A stretch of 64,000 bases of DNA from Rhizaria sp. SCN 62-66 (GCA_001724265.1 MEDY01000083.1:1-64000); one strand, 5' to 3'. Counted from the stretch's first letter, positions 24,633 to 37,025 are shown. Notes: generated by a model from the letters alone, not told the origin. Made by a program: numbers and translations.

Positions 24633-24660
24633 CTCTCTCTCTCTCTCTCTCTCTCTCTCT
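24633..24660 (+). repeat. (CT)14 microsatellite in the aminotransferase 3' UTR
   Basis: Read directly. Confidence 0.95.
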
Positions 24661-25698
24661 GCGAAGTGGGGCGAGGACGTGAGACCCGGTTTTGTGTGCT
24701 TTCTAAAATCAGCTCCTGACTTGGCTCTCTGAGTCCAATTGCTGTTGCTTGCTTTGCTTTTTTGCGATTGTTTGTAAATAATGTACACGTGTGTAGTAAC
24801 TGTGTGAATGAATTCAGTATGTGTAGTGCGATTACTGTTTGTTTCTGTTGTTTGTTTGTTGTTGTTTTGACTCTCCTTAAGTGCAAATATGTGTGTGTGA
24901 TGTGTCAACAAAAAACTTCGACACATCATAAGAACACATACTGTTGTTACTTCTAAGCTTAACTAGAGCTGAGACAGAAGAACGCAAAAAGAGTAAAAGA
25001 TTATATTGTATCACGTATATTTCTATAGTTCCAACTTCGATGTAAGTCTGGTGTGATTTTACAAACATAACACGATAAGGAAGAAGAAAAGATTGTAAGC
25101 AGCATGCTTGTCTCTGGTGGTGTGAAGCTATGGCTGTTGTCCATGTTGCACTCCTGCAATTTAAGAACAATGCGTACTAACATAACACTATTTTCATCAT
25201 AATTATTATTCCAAATACAACTTATGTGAACCAAAACGTATCAACATCACTCTATGTCGCTCAAGGGGACGCGCGACGCGTTCGTGTTGATCACCACGTC
25301 GACGTTTCACACCAACTTGGTCATAGGTGCGGGTGGAAGGCCAGTCTCGAGCGCGGCAAGGCCTGGTTCTCGACCGTCATCAACGCTGGACTCCAGGAGT
25401 GCTCGATGCTGCAGCCTCTGACCACGTTCACGCATCTCGCCGTACAGTCGAACAACCTCGACGCTCTCACGCGGGCGCTCTCAACACTTTTTTACTCCAA
25501 TTTTTTCACGACGTCGAGTTACGAATTGCGAAAGAAACAAAGAACTATGTATAAAAATAATCAGTCTGAAATATAAACAATGCTTAAGCATAAACTATGG
25601 AATACTAAATTAAGCTCTGGTGTCGCTTTAATACTCATATTACTTTGACACATACAACAACAGTGTCTTGCTCACTCGGCACTCGCTCACACAGCAAC

Positions 25699-26622
25699 TC
25701 ACTTGCCATGCACGATCCAGATAAGCGCAATGTACAGAATGAACAGAATGACCGTGACCGTGAGGAAAGCGATGCGGATGGGCTTCTCCTGGGGACGCTT
25801 GGTCACAGGTTCTGGCACCCAGCCGCCGAGCAGGAGGCCGAAGATGATGCCACCCAGGTGCGCGTAGTTGTCGACGCCGGACCCCGTGAAGCCGAAGATG
25901 ATGTTCAGGACCACAATGATGCCGAGCATCAGCGCCTCGCCCGTGTTGTTGAGGATCGCGTTCCAGTTGAGCGCCAGGTAGGTGATGTCGGCGGCGAGGA
26001 TGCCGAAGAGGGCCCCGGAGGCGCCGACCGAGACGACGCCAGGCGCGCAGAAGCAGGACATGGCCGAGGCGGCGATGCCGGCAACAAGGTAGATGAGGAC
26101 GGTGCGCGGAATGCCCCAGCGCGCCTCGAGCACCCAGCCGAAGCGGAGCTGGAAGAAGACGTTGGAGACGAGGTGCAGCAGGCCAGAGTGAAGGAAGATG
26201 GGGGTGATGAGGCGCCAGACCTCGCCCTGCACGATCCAGGGCTCCCACTTGCCGCCCATAAAGCGGAGCGTGTAAGTCGAGGGCCCGCCCATGTTGTTGT
26301 TGGACACGAAGGCACCGTCGAACTTGACGCCGCCGACGATGAGTGTCGCGATGAACATGATGGTGTTGACGATGCAGATGAAGGTGGAGAACGAAAGCAG
26401 CTTGTGCCAGGGGAAAATGCGCTCCATGATGCTGTCGGTGGGGCGGCCGAAAAAGTTCGGCGGCGGCTCCACCATGCCGTTGGGCAGCGGTAGCGAGTCG
26501 CTGCGGGCCTGCATGTAACCGCCGCCGCCGCTGCTGTAGCCGCCGCCGTAGCCGCCGCCCACGGCGCCCGCCGAGGAGGAGGAGTTGGCGATCGTGACGG
26601 GACGACGCTCGGTGCGACCCAT
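25699..26622 (-). CDS. Rhomboid intramembrane serine protease, single coding exon
   Basis: WRLITPIFLH, catalytic GASG and AHLGG motifs, several hydrophobic helices. ATG at 26622; stop TGA. Confidence 0.93.
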   Translation of the reverse strand: MGRTERRPVTIANSSSSAGAVGGGYGGGYSSGGGGYMQARSDSLPLPNGMVEPPPNFFGRPTDSIMERIFPWHKLLSFSTFICIVNTIMFIATLIVGGVKFDGAFVSNNNMGGPSTYTLRFMGGKWEPWIVQGEVWRLITPIFLHSGLLHLVSNVFFQLRFGWVLEARWGIPRTVLIYLVAGIAASAMSCFCAPGVVSVGASGALFGILAADITYLALNWNAILNNTGEALMLGIIVVLNIIFGFTGSGVDNYAHLGGIIFGLLLGGWVPEPVTKRPQEKPIRIAFLTVTVILFILYIALIWIVHGK

Positions 26623-27525
26623 CTGCGCGAGAAAATCAAATGTTGTATAAACATGACGATAAGCAAAGCGGGGAAAATGCGAGGGGTGAACAAGACGAAG
26701 ATGGGGTTGTTTGTTGCTGTTTGCCTGTTGTGTGGTCATGTTTCAGAACGGATAGAGCAAGGTAGATTGGCATTGGCGGAGTGCATCAAATAAATTTGAA
26801 TATACAACACATGTTTAATATGCACTGCTGCCGTTTCACTTCCAGTGACGGTGGCAGTGTGTCTGTGTTACTCGTTTCATTCAAGCGCCCTTCACTCCTC
26901 TTGTCTGGCTCAGATCGCCAGTGCTAGTAAGCCACTAAAGTGAACTCGTGGCTATAAACAAATACAACTCAGATCGCAGTGATATATTTATGAATATATG
27001 CCAAAGTCTGGCTTCAAGTTTGATCATCAATTTTGTTATGTTATTCAAGTCAGAATTTCTTGAAAACTTGATGTCAGTGATATACAGCCAGTAATATAAA
27101 ACCCGGGTTCTAAGACACCTTTTTACGACATACTCATCATAATGTAGCAAAAGTTGTTTCTAACCAACTAGATAATTGATCTTAACCTTTAGAGGATGTT
27201 CTAAAAACAAAATGTCACATGAAACGTTTGATATCGTAACTGCTACAGAACACGAAAGTCCTCAGTCTTTCTTTGAACCAAAGAAAATCGAGATGATAAA
27301 AAGTGTTGACATGACTTCGACAACATTGTTTCATAACTGAACTGAAAGAGAATCCATAGAAAGTGTATAAATGGATTTGATTCGCATATATAACAACACT
27401 GGCCTAAAACAGACCTCTCATACTCAAACATCTTCCACAGACAATAAACAAGTTCAAGTTCAAGTGTTGGTGCAAAGAGTGGTACTAAAAGAACAAGCGT
27501 GTAACACATTTTACCCGCCTGCACT

Positions 27526-30500
27526 TCACTTCTTGCTCTTGCTCTTGCTGCTCGTCTTGGCGCTGCTCTTGCTCTTGTTGGTCATCATAGCCTCCATATC
27601 AACGTCGTCGCCGCTGTCGTCGTCGTCAGACATCGGCACCCTCGCGTCATCGTCGTCGTCGTCGTCACGCAGATCCGCTGCGACGCCCTTGCTGCGCTTC
27701 ACGCCCGCGGCCGCGAACGCGCTCGCCTTGGCCATCGCGGCCTTGGCGTCCGCATCATCGTCGTCATCGCCATTGTCGCTGTCCACAACAGCGGCGGCGG
27801 ACGCTGAGTCAGGCGCAGTGCGCTTGCGGTCCTTGTCCTTGCTCGGCGTCTTGGCGGCCTTGGGGACCTTGCGGCCCTTGGCCGACGCCGAGGCCGCGGG
27901 GCCCGCCGTGAACTCGTCCACCTCGTCGTCGTCGCTGTCGCCGCCCTTGCTCGCGCCCGCGCTGCCAGACTTGGAGGGCAGAATGTCGGCGAATAGCTTC
28001 TTGATCTCGCTCTTGCGGCTCTCCTTGCGGTCGCGGAACGCCTTTTCCGTGTTATCTTCCTCTTCCTCCTCGAGCTCCTCCTCGTTATCGCCGCCCTTGG
28101 CGTCCTTGCCTTTCTTGCCCTTGCCGTCCTTGCCGTCCTTGTCGCTAGCCTTCCCGTCGTCCTTCTTGCCCTTGGCGTCAAAGGCCTTGGTCGCGCCGCC
28201 GCTGTTGTAGTTGCCGCTGCGCGACTCGACGCCGTTCCATATCACGCCTGTCTGCTTGTACTCGGGCACGCGCAGCTTGCGCAGCAGGTTCAGCCCACCG
28301 CGCGAGACGGAGATCTTGCGCTCGGCCGCCACAAGCTCGTGGATGATGCGCGCGCGGTTCTCCTGAGAACGCGAAGAAGAAAAACACAAATGTGAGGACA
28401 TATGAATTGAGTCGAATTGATTATGTTATGATCACTTTAGATGCATGTTGGTAAAAGTGACGCATTGTGCACCCTTGTTGCGACCGCCCCTTCGTCGCTC
28501 ACGGTCCTGCGATCCTAAAACTAACAGTTGAGAATAACGATGACTGACAGTTAAAAACGACGATAACGTACCTGGTCGACGCGGACGTAGAGCTTCTCGA
28601 TGACAAAGCCCGCAGCCGGGGAAGAGCACACGAGCATGCCCAGGTTGCCGGGGCCGCGGTACTCCTTGCCGTCACTCATGTTAGAGCACAGGCGGCGCGC
28701 GATCTTGCACTTCTCCCTGTGAACAAAAAAAATATATAAGCAAACAATAAACATAATATTGGTGAGTAATTGAGTATAAAACGTTTAGTGCACGGGAAAT
28801 TAGCATATTTTTCATATGCTATCTTAGATTTAACGGAATTATCATTAATCAATGGTTCATTAAACTCGAAATTAACATTATAATGCCGTTTTGCGGAAGC
28901 CGTACCTGGCACTGGCGCGGCTGACGACGTAGCTCTCGACGGCGCGCGCGCCGGTGGGGTCCCTGAGCAGCGCCGTGAGCACAGGCCCCGGCAGCGCCGT
29001 GAGCGAGGCGAAAAATGGCGCCGCGGCCTGCGGGGCAAAGCCGAAGAGCGAGGACAGAATCTGCGCGCCGAGGTAGTTGCCACGCGTGAACTCCGAGTCG
29101 CCCTGCTCACGGTCGCTGCCGCGGCGGCGCGCGCCGCCGTCCTCGCCGCCCTTGCCCTCGGCGGCGGTAGCGGGGTCGCGCGCGTTGAGCGTGAGCACGT
29201 CGATGACCAGCTGACCCTCGCGGTTGCCCTTGCGCTGGCCGCCGAACACGCCCATGACCTGCTTTGCCACGGCGGACTGACGGCACCCGATGCGGCGCGC
29301 GGCCTCGACGACCTGCCACACGACACCCGCCTTGCCCTCCTTGACGAGCGTGAACAGGTCGTCCTTGAGCTGCTCGTAGCAGAGTGTGTAGCTCGTCTCG
29401 TCCCGCAGCGCGCCGAAGAGCCGCTGCACTGCGTGGTTACCCATGCGGTCCTTGGCTAGCGATAGCAGCTTGTTCTGCGTGTGCTTGAACAGGAACGACT
29501 GCAGCAGCGCAGGCGGAGAAGACAAAAACAGCGCCTCCATGAAGTGCGACGCGACCGGGTCCGTGAAGAGGTCGTTGACGTGCTTGACGGAGCCCGGACC
29601 GAGCTGCCACACCAGGTTCGTCAGCGGCAGCTCTTCGCTCTCGCCTGCGTCGTCGTCGTCGTTGCCGGACTTCTTGTGCTTCTTTTGATCTTTCTTGTCG
29701 TCCTTCTTGGACTTCTTGCGAGACTTGGACTCCTCGTCATCATTCTCGTCGTCATCGTCGTCGCTGTTGGCGGCGGCGGCAGCGGCAAGATCGGAGGCGG
29801 CGTCCTCGTCCTCCTCCTTGGCCTTGGCCTTGGCGGCCTCGATGCCCGCGCTCTCGGCCGCCGCGCGCGCCTCGGCCGTGGCGCTCTCGTCGAGCTTCCA
29901 GCCCAGCATGCGCGCGATCAACTTCTCCAGCGTCACAATGTGGTTCACCTTGCGCACGCGCGCGCCAACGGCACGCATCAGCGCCTTGATCACAGGCATC
30001 GCGCAGGGATCGAACGCCAGGTTCATCACATCCGTTGCGGACTTGTGGTTCACGAGTGCCATAACCATCCAGGGGAGCACTTCCTTCAGGCGCTTGATGT
30101 GCGCGCGCGAGCGGCCGACGAGGGACAAGAACGCGGCGTTCTCGTCCGCGTCGGTCAGCACAGAGCCAGAACTGTTCGCCGCGTTGTTGCCCCCGTAGCT
30201 GTTGTTGTTGTTACTATGGGCCGAGGCGGGGGGCTTGTAGCCGGTGTGGTGGGCGCGCTTGTCCGTGCCGGTGGAGATGTCGCCCTGCGTGACGCCGGTG
30301 TGGCCAGCCAGAACGAGAATCAGCGTGCGCATCACGTACGAGGCCTGGAGGCGCGTAGTCAATAATGAGGAAAGATAGAAAGGAGCGATAAGATGTTACT
30401 ATATCGAGACAGAGCTTAGATAGACAGTAAATAATCGTATCATTTACAAAATAATAAAGATTAATTTTAATAAGTTCTAAAATACGTTAGATATGTTCTT

Positions 30501-31444
30501 TTTTTGAGTATTCAAGCGATGCGTACCTGAGGGTTGGTCATGAGGTCGAGCCAGTACGGAGAGACTTCGTAGCACATGTCGTACAGGATATCCTGCATGG
30601 GCTTGTCCGCCCAGATGCGGCGCCCGCCCTTGCCCTTCTTGCCCTTGGCGGCCTTGCCGCCCTCGTCGCCGCTGCCGCTTTCGGCCTCGGCCTCGGCCTC
30701 GTCGTCGTCGTCGTCGCTGTTGTTGCCGACCGCGGTCTCGGCGTCGGGAGAGTCGGGGTCGGGGTTGGAGCCGACAGAGTCCCAGGGCACGACGACCTGC
30801 TCCACGTGCTCCTTGAGCATAATCTCAGGCGTCCGCATCAGCAGCCGCTGCATGCAGTGCGACGCGCTGTGGTGCACGAAGAACGCGTAGTACTTCTTCC
30901 GCAGAGCGCGGAGGAACGTCTTAATCTGGCCGTACGTCGACAGCTCGATCAGACGCTCCAGGACGACAGCCGTCTCCTTCTTGGTGGCAATGCGGAACTC
31001 GCGGCCGCGGACCTCGGCCCAGAGGTTGCCCAGCAGCGCGGCGCGGTGGTCCGCCTCGAGCGTGTCGGCGAGCTCGAGCTCGGTGCCCATCTGCACGAAG
31101 TATGCAACGATGTCTGTGGAAACGCACCGGGAATGCGGAGGGAAATAACGTCGCAGTCGGAAATAAGGGGAGAACAAGATGCAAGGTAAGATAGGCAAGA
31201 GATTCGTTTGGGAGGTAGAAAGAGGCAGGAATATGGCGGAGCGCCACAGAGTGGTATATGATGAAATGTGGCACGGCGTACCATCGGTGAGGGGGCGGCC
31301 GCGGTCGATGCGGAAGCGGTCCGCGGGGAACGACTCGGGCTTCCAGCCCTCCTTGGAAGCAGAAGCACCGTCCTTCTTCCCGGATGAAGACGAAGAGGAA
31401 GGCTTTTTGCTCTCGGAAGAGCCACGCTCGCCAGCGGCACTCAT
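27526..31444 (-). CDS. NOP9: Nucleolar Pumilio-repeat protein Nop9, 5 exons
   Basis: Exons 31444-31282, 31113-30527, 30344-28906, 28716-28572, 28362-27526 join in frame. PUF-like helices ASHCMQRLL, ASYVMRTLI, ASHFMEALF, GNHAVQRLF, GARAVES, AGFVIEKLY; K/D-rich tail. Stop TGA. Confidence 0.85.
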
Positions 31445-33200
31445 CGAGATGCGGGCGAAGCTTGAGTGAAGGGTGGAGGAAATGAAAGAGTGGCAGGAAA
31501 GTGAGATAAGAGTTTGGTGAACAATAAAATAGGTAAAATATAATATGCAGCCTTTTAATGCTATTAAAAGCGTTTAATTTGCTAATGACGAACAAAAGTA
31601 GCTCATTTGAAGGCAGGTCCGGCGCTGGGTGTGCGGAGCGATAGAGCTTCTCGACTTGTGGCTCGTTGCTCTGCTTGACCACTGGTGAGTAACTCTGCGA
31701 CGTTAACTCTATTTGACCGCTTGTCTCAGTACTACTCTTTGTTTTCTTCATTGAAACTCAAATATGTTATTTATAGTCGAGTATTGTATATTATAGTTAC
31801 GAGTTCTCTGCATAACTTATTATATCCCGCCCTATTTTTACACTTTACTCTGTACATCTCGACAACGGCGTATCTGGCTTTAAGTGTAGCATGCAGTCCG
31901 TGACAGGAGTTGTGACAGCAGTGGCATATAATCCTCCATATAACCATCAATTATTGACATGATACTACACTTTTCTCGCGTGAGCTGGTCACTTAACCTC
32001 AAGTAGCAGAAATATGTCTCCGAGTATGTGTAACATTTGTGACACAGCTGCTGAAACAATGGCAGACAGCGCTGTAGGAATGCAGATACTACGCTGCTAA
32101 AAGCGCTCACTGCCTGCACCTCTGTCAAATGAAGCCCAGGGTGTAGTAAAACCACCGCTCCAGTGACTCGGAGCAGTGACAGTCGGTCAGCCGCAGTGCT
32201 AAAAGGAACTGCGATGCAACTAAAGTGAACAAATCCTGCTATACGATAGCCTTAATGAAGCCATGTACTGACACAGCCGCGCTTAAAGCATAAAAACAGG
32301 TTATATAACAAGACGATGCTTTCATAGACCCAATGAACCTTCGATAATCAGTGCTATGCGTTGCATTAGCACTTTGTCCACGCCTGCCCAAAATCACGCC
32401 GGATACCAAAGACCCTGCAGCAAACATACTTCCAGAAGACTTGAGACGACTACGTTTTACTAAAATACGTAAAGCACCACAAAACCACGATTAGCAAAGT
32501 CTCGGCCTCAAAAAGCACGGTTTTGACTATGAACACATTACTTTGCCTTCGCGAGAGATGCATGGGTGCGGAGGTCCGATAGCCACGCTTGGCGCGATCT
32601 CGTAAGCAAGATATTTCCTACTTCCGACCATCCTGAGCTACTTCCGTGGTACCATCAGTTGTGTATAGCTGTTTTCTTTGTGAATATTATTTTGAAATCC
32701 TCCCTGTGCGCGCATTTGCGGCGCACAGATACCCTTCTGCTTCCGAGCAGCCCTCTCGGTCACACACTCTGACGTCTCGCCCCGCTCCCGTCCTTCTTAG
32801 CGTTTTCTATTCTGACTGGAAAGTTCCTGCTTGCTTGTGCGACGCTTCTACTACACGCATAGGCTTTGCTTCTCTCTCCGCAACTGCTTTTTCGTTTACG
32901 CATAAACTATGCACTGGACTAAGAATGACGAGCGAAGGACTAGGACAATGGGCTTTTTACTCCACCTGCATTTTTCCTTCATGACGCTCTCCAGCATCAC
33001 TGCATAGCGATGCGATGCATGTTATTGTGCCAATTGCTTTCCCATTTAGTATTATCCTGATGTCATTTTCTCACTGAACTCCGTCCTCCCCCTCCACTAT
33101 CATAGGCAGACACAAGCACAGCCCACCCCGCATCTCACCCGCCCCGCAGCGCCCCCCACAAGAAGAAGAAGACCCGGCCGAAAACCGTTTTGTGTACAGG

Positions 33201-35871
33201 ATGCTGTCCCGTCGCTTCCTCTCCCGCTGCCCGGTGCCGCTGCCCGCCGCGTCGACGGCCAAGACGGCCGCCGCGGCCTTCGCCTCCGTCTCCGCCTTCA
33301 CCACCCTCATCAACAGCAAAACCAACAAAAGCGCTCCGATGACGCCCGTCGCGACTGGTGCGACCGCGACCAAGACTGCCGCGGCGCACCCTCTGCTGAC
33401 GCCCACGCTGCGCCGCTTTTCGCCCCTTGCCAGCGCCAGCAACAACGTCATCTCCCTCTCTTCCCACACTAAGTTTGCCAAGCCCAACAAGAGCTCCACG
33501 TTCGCGTCCCGTCTCTTCTCCTCCTCGTCCTCCAGCGCGAGTAGCAGTTCCGCGGCCGACGCGATGGCGCTGTCGGGCAGCGGCATTATCCCCGTCAAGG
33601 AGCGCTACACGGCGGCCGAGGTGCGCTACATCATGTTCCTGCTCGACGCGGGCATCATCGCCGCCGAGGCCCTGCCGCCCGCGCTGCGCCCCGCCGACGC
33701 GCCCCCCGCCGCCGGCTCCGGCGCCAAGGCGGGCAGCAGCGCGGTGATGGCAACGCCGGCCAACTCGACGACGGCCGAGGTGGACGTGTCCAATTTCGTC
33801 CCCGCCGACGTCTTCCTGCTGCTGCTCAACACCTACACTATGACGCTGCCGGAGAGCGAGCGCCACAAGGTTTTCCAGCGCGAGTACAACCGCTACCACT
33901 ACCTCCAGGCCCAGGCGCGCTTCTCCGCCACCTCCGTCGTCAACAGGGAAATGGACAAGATGAAGGCCGCGCTCCAGGTACGTTTCACAGAAATGTGCAG
34001 ATTTAAATTAAACTTGTTAACTTTGTAAGGGACCTGAGCTTTTTCAGATTGACACCCGAAGGCTTTTGACTGGTGGTAGACACTGCGGTGACTTTTTTTA
34101 TGTCATGCTGTATTGTAACTAAGGCAACTTGTTATTAGGTTAACTTTGAAATGACTTTATCGAAAGCTAAAAGAATCGCTCAAAAGAATCACTATCAGAA
34201 ATGTACATTCTTAATTCTCACATCGCCATTTTATTCTTTGTTCTCTCTCGTCCCTCGACTCCCCAGGCCGAGGGCGGCGTCGGCGCTCCCGAGCCCGAGG
34301 TGGTGATGGGCACGTTTCGCACCAACTTTGCCACCGGCGAGGTCGAGTTCTCTGATCCCTCCCTTTTTCGCAACCCCGTTGCCAAGCAGCAGCACTAGCA
34401 ACTCACCAGTGGCTCCTCAGACGCGGCGGCCGCAGGCGCAGCGGCGGCGGCCGCAGGCGCCAAGGGCGGCTTGACGGGCTCGGGCTCTGGCGCGAGCGCG
34501 AGTCGTATGATGGCGTACAACAGCGGCATGGCGCCTGTGCCCAACAGCTTCGAGGACACGTACATGCTCGACGAGAGCAACGCCGACGCCGTCCTCAAGA
34601 AGCGCAACAAGATGTTCACCAGCATCGACCTCAACAACGACGCCGCCGGCAGCGGCGGCAGCGGCCCCGCGACGACCCCGTTGTCGTCGAAGCGTTCTCC
34701 GCGCAATGCCGACGCCAGCGGCAGCGTCGGCGGCAACGGCGAGAAAGGCACGGTGCTGGCCGCGACGGCGGACCCCAACGTCAGCGTGAGCGTCGCCGTG
34801 GCGTCCCCGCAGAGCGCGCGGCGCGCGCTGCAGGCGCAGGAGTCGGCCAGCAGCGCCGCTGAGGCCGGCAAGGAGGGCTTCTTCGCGAGGCTGCGCCGCA
34901 ACCGCGCGAACAAAAGCGCCGCGGCAGCCGCCGCCAACATCAACAGCTTCAGCTCATTGTTGTCGGCGCACGTGACGCTGACCAAGCCGCGCATCTCGCT
35001 GCTGGTGGCCATGACGTCGTGGTGGGGCTACTTCCTCACCGTGCCGCACGGCGCCGTCGACATGACCAACCTCACGGGGCTCACCATCGGCACGCTCTCG
35101 CTGGCGGCCGCCGCGAGCGTCATCAACCAGATCCGCGAGACGGACGTCGACGCGCGCATGACCCGCACGGCCACGCGCCCCCTCGTCTCGGGCAAGATCT
35201 CTATCGCCAGCGCCAAGCGCGCCGTCGCGCTCTACACCGCGCTGGGTGCCGCTGTGCTCACAGTCGTCGACCCCATCGCCGCCGGACTCGGGCTCTTCAA
35301 CGTCTTCCTCTACGGCGGCGTCTACACCAGCCTTAAGCGCGTCACGCGCCTCAACACCGAGATCGGCGCCATCGTGGGCGCGATCCCGCCCCTGATGGGC
35401 TACGCCGCCGCGCTGCCCGCCGACGCGAGCTTCCTGACGTACGACCCCGTGGCGATGCTGTGGCCCGCGGCCGTGATGATCGCGTGGCAGATGCAGCACG
35501 TCATGCTCATCTGTCTGCGCCGCTCCGAGGACTACAACCGCTCCGGACTCGTCATGGAGTGCTTGAACGACCCTTCGCTGATGCGCACGCGCACCAAGGG
35601 CGTCGCGTGGGCCGCCGTGACCACCGCGGTCGTGGCGGCGCCCTACTGGGCTGGGTACATGGACATCCGCCACATCTTCATGGTCTACGTGTGGGGCATC
35701 TATACTGCGCTCTACGCCTCGGGCGCGCTCAGCAAGATCCCCAAGCAGCGCGTGCTGCTCATGGCGCTCTACCTCGGCTACCTCATCCTCGGCGCCACCA
35801 TGTGGATGTCGTGCGTCACCAAGAACAAGACCGAGGAGGACAAGTACAACGACCTCATGCTCAACCTTTAA
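33201..35871 (+). CDS. COX10: Protoheme IX farnesyltransferase (heme O synthase) with presequence and long N-terminal extension, 2 exons, one in-frame TAG
   Basis: Exon 1 is 33201-33977 (MLSRRFLSR...). Intron GTACGT...CAG is 33978-34266. Exon 2 (34267-35871) is one frame except for TAG at 34396-34398. UbiA/COX10 motifs LTKPRI, NQIRETDVDARMTRTATRPLVSG, YTSLKR, GAIVGAIPPLMG. Stop TAA. Confidence 0.9.
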
Positions 35872-36952
35872 GTTCGCGAGCGTTTTGAGTGCTTCCAAGC
35901 GCATCGTCCTGTGCAAGCTCTCGCGCTGCATCGCATCGCCACCGAGAGGCGCGTGGAGCACGCGAGTACGTGCAGCTACCCCGCGAAGTTGGTCAGCGCC
36001 GAGCCGGCGACGACGGCCGCCAGGCGTAGGTCGCCGTCGCCGTCACCCGGCGCGGGGGGTCTCGGTCGGCTTGTCCAACCGGCTCTCGAGCTGGCCGGTC
36101 AACTCGAAGAAGCTCAATGTGCGTTTTTTGTTGGGTTGCGTGTTGGTTGGACGTCGACTTCAGAGGAGGAGGATTATTATGATGCTATCGTGCTCCTTAG
36201 TCCCTATTCAAAGTAAACGTAGTTAATTCTTGAGTGAACTATCTTTGTTTATATAGAAGAGCAGCAAAGCATCGCTGTCTTTAAGTTATTGTTTGGTCAT
36301 CTTCTTTTTTCGCGCTAAGCTTACAATCAGGAATAAGTTGTGTTGTTGTTTTTTAGGTTCACAGAGATATGTTTGTGTTTGCAGTTACAAATATGCGTGT
36401 TTTTCATTTGCTTTATCATTAAATTATATAATTTATTGCAATAAATATAAGTTTGAAAAGGAACGCGATCACTTTGTTCGAGTGTCTGGGTTCTTTATGA
36501 TTCGACCCGACACTCCAGCTTCGGCGCGTCTCTGAGAAGCGCCATCCTCAGAATCAGCTCGGCGGGGCCCATCACCGTGGTCAGCGCGGCCCGCGAACGC
36601 GCTGTTTTTTGTCTGGGCGATGTCGCAGCGAGCCGCGGGGGGAGGGGGTATTAGTATTACTAGTAATACCTCCCTGAGCTCTATTATAATAATCATATGG
36701 TAATGAGGCAGCACATCATTATGTGTGGACGTCATGTGCAGCCAATTTTAATAATATTTTTGTTCTCCTCCTCAGTTTTTTTTGTGCCGAACACCTTCAT
36801 CGATATAATGTAAAAGATTCGGGATTCTAGTTCATACGCCGTAAAATATTTTTGTGAAGTTTGTACACAAATATATCAAACGAAAAAATGAATTTTCTGT
36901 AAAATTAATTAAGTATTAGTAACAAAGATTCGGGCTGTTAGGACCCAAGGAC

Positions 36953-37025
36953 AGCCGCATAGCACAGTCGGAAGTGCGCCCGCTTTACACGCGGGAGGTA
37001 ATGGGATCGAAACCCATTGCGGCTA
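36953..37025 (+). tRNA. tRNA-Val (anticodon TAC)
   Basis: Full cloverleaf: acceptor AGCCGCA/TGCGGCT plus discriminator A, D stem GCAC/GTGC, anticodon stem CCCGC/GCGGG with loop TT-TAC-AC, T stem ATGGG/CCCAT with loop ATCGAAA. Confidence 0.93.

Noticed and set aside
25695-25705. GTGAGT at the rhomboid 3' end as a possible splice donor
   Set aside because: It overlaps the TGA that follows the last hydrophobic helix, does not match the local GTACG consensus, and no downstream exon is evident.
33192-34398. Treating ORFs 33192-34028, 34201-34398 and 34471-35871 (likewise 38543-39664 and 39689-42094) as separate genes
   Set aside because: No AT-rich spacer or acceptor/ATG signature lies between them, the frames are continuous, and presequence and catalytic parts complement each other.
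36813-36934. 11-bp direct repeat AAAGATTCGGG upstream of the tRNA
   Set aside because: Only two short copies with no element features between them; may be chance.
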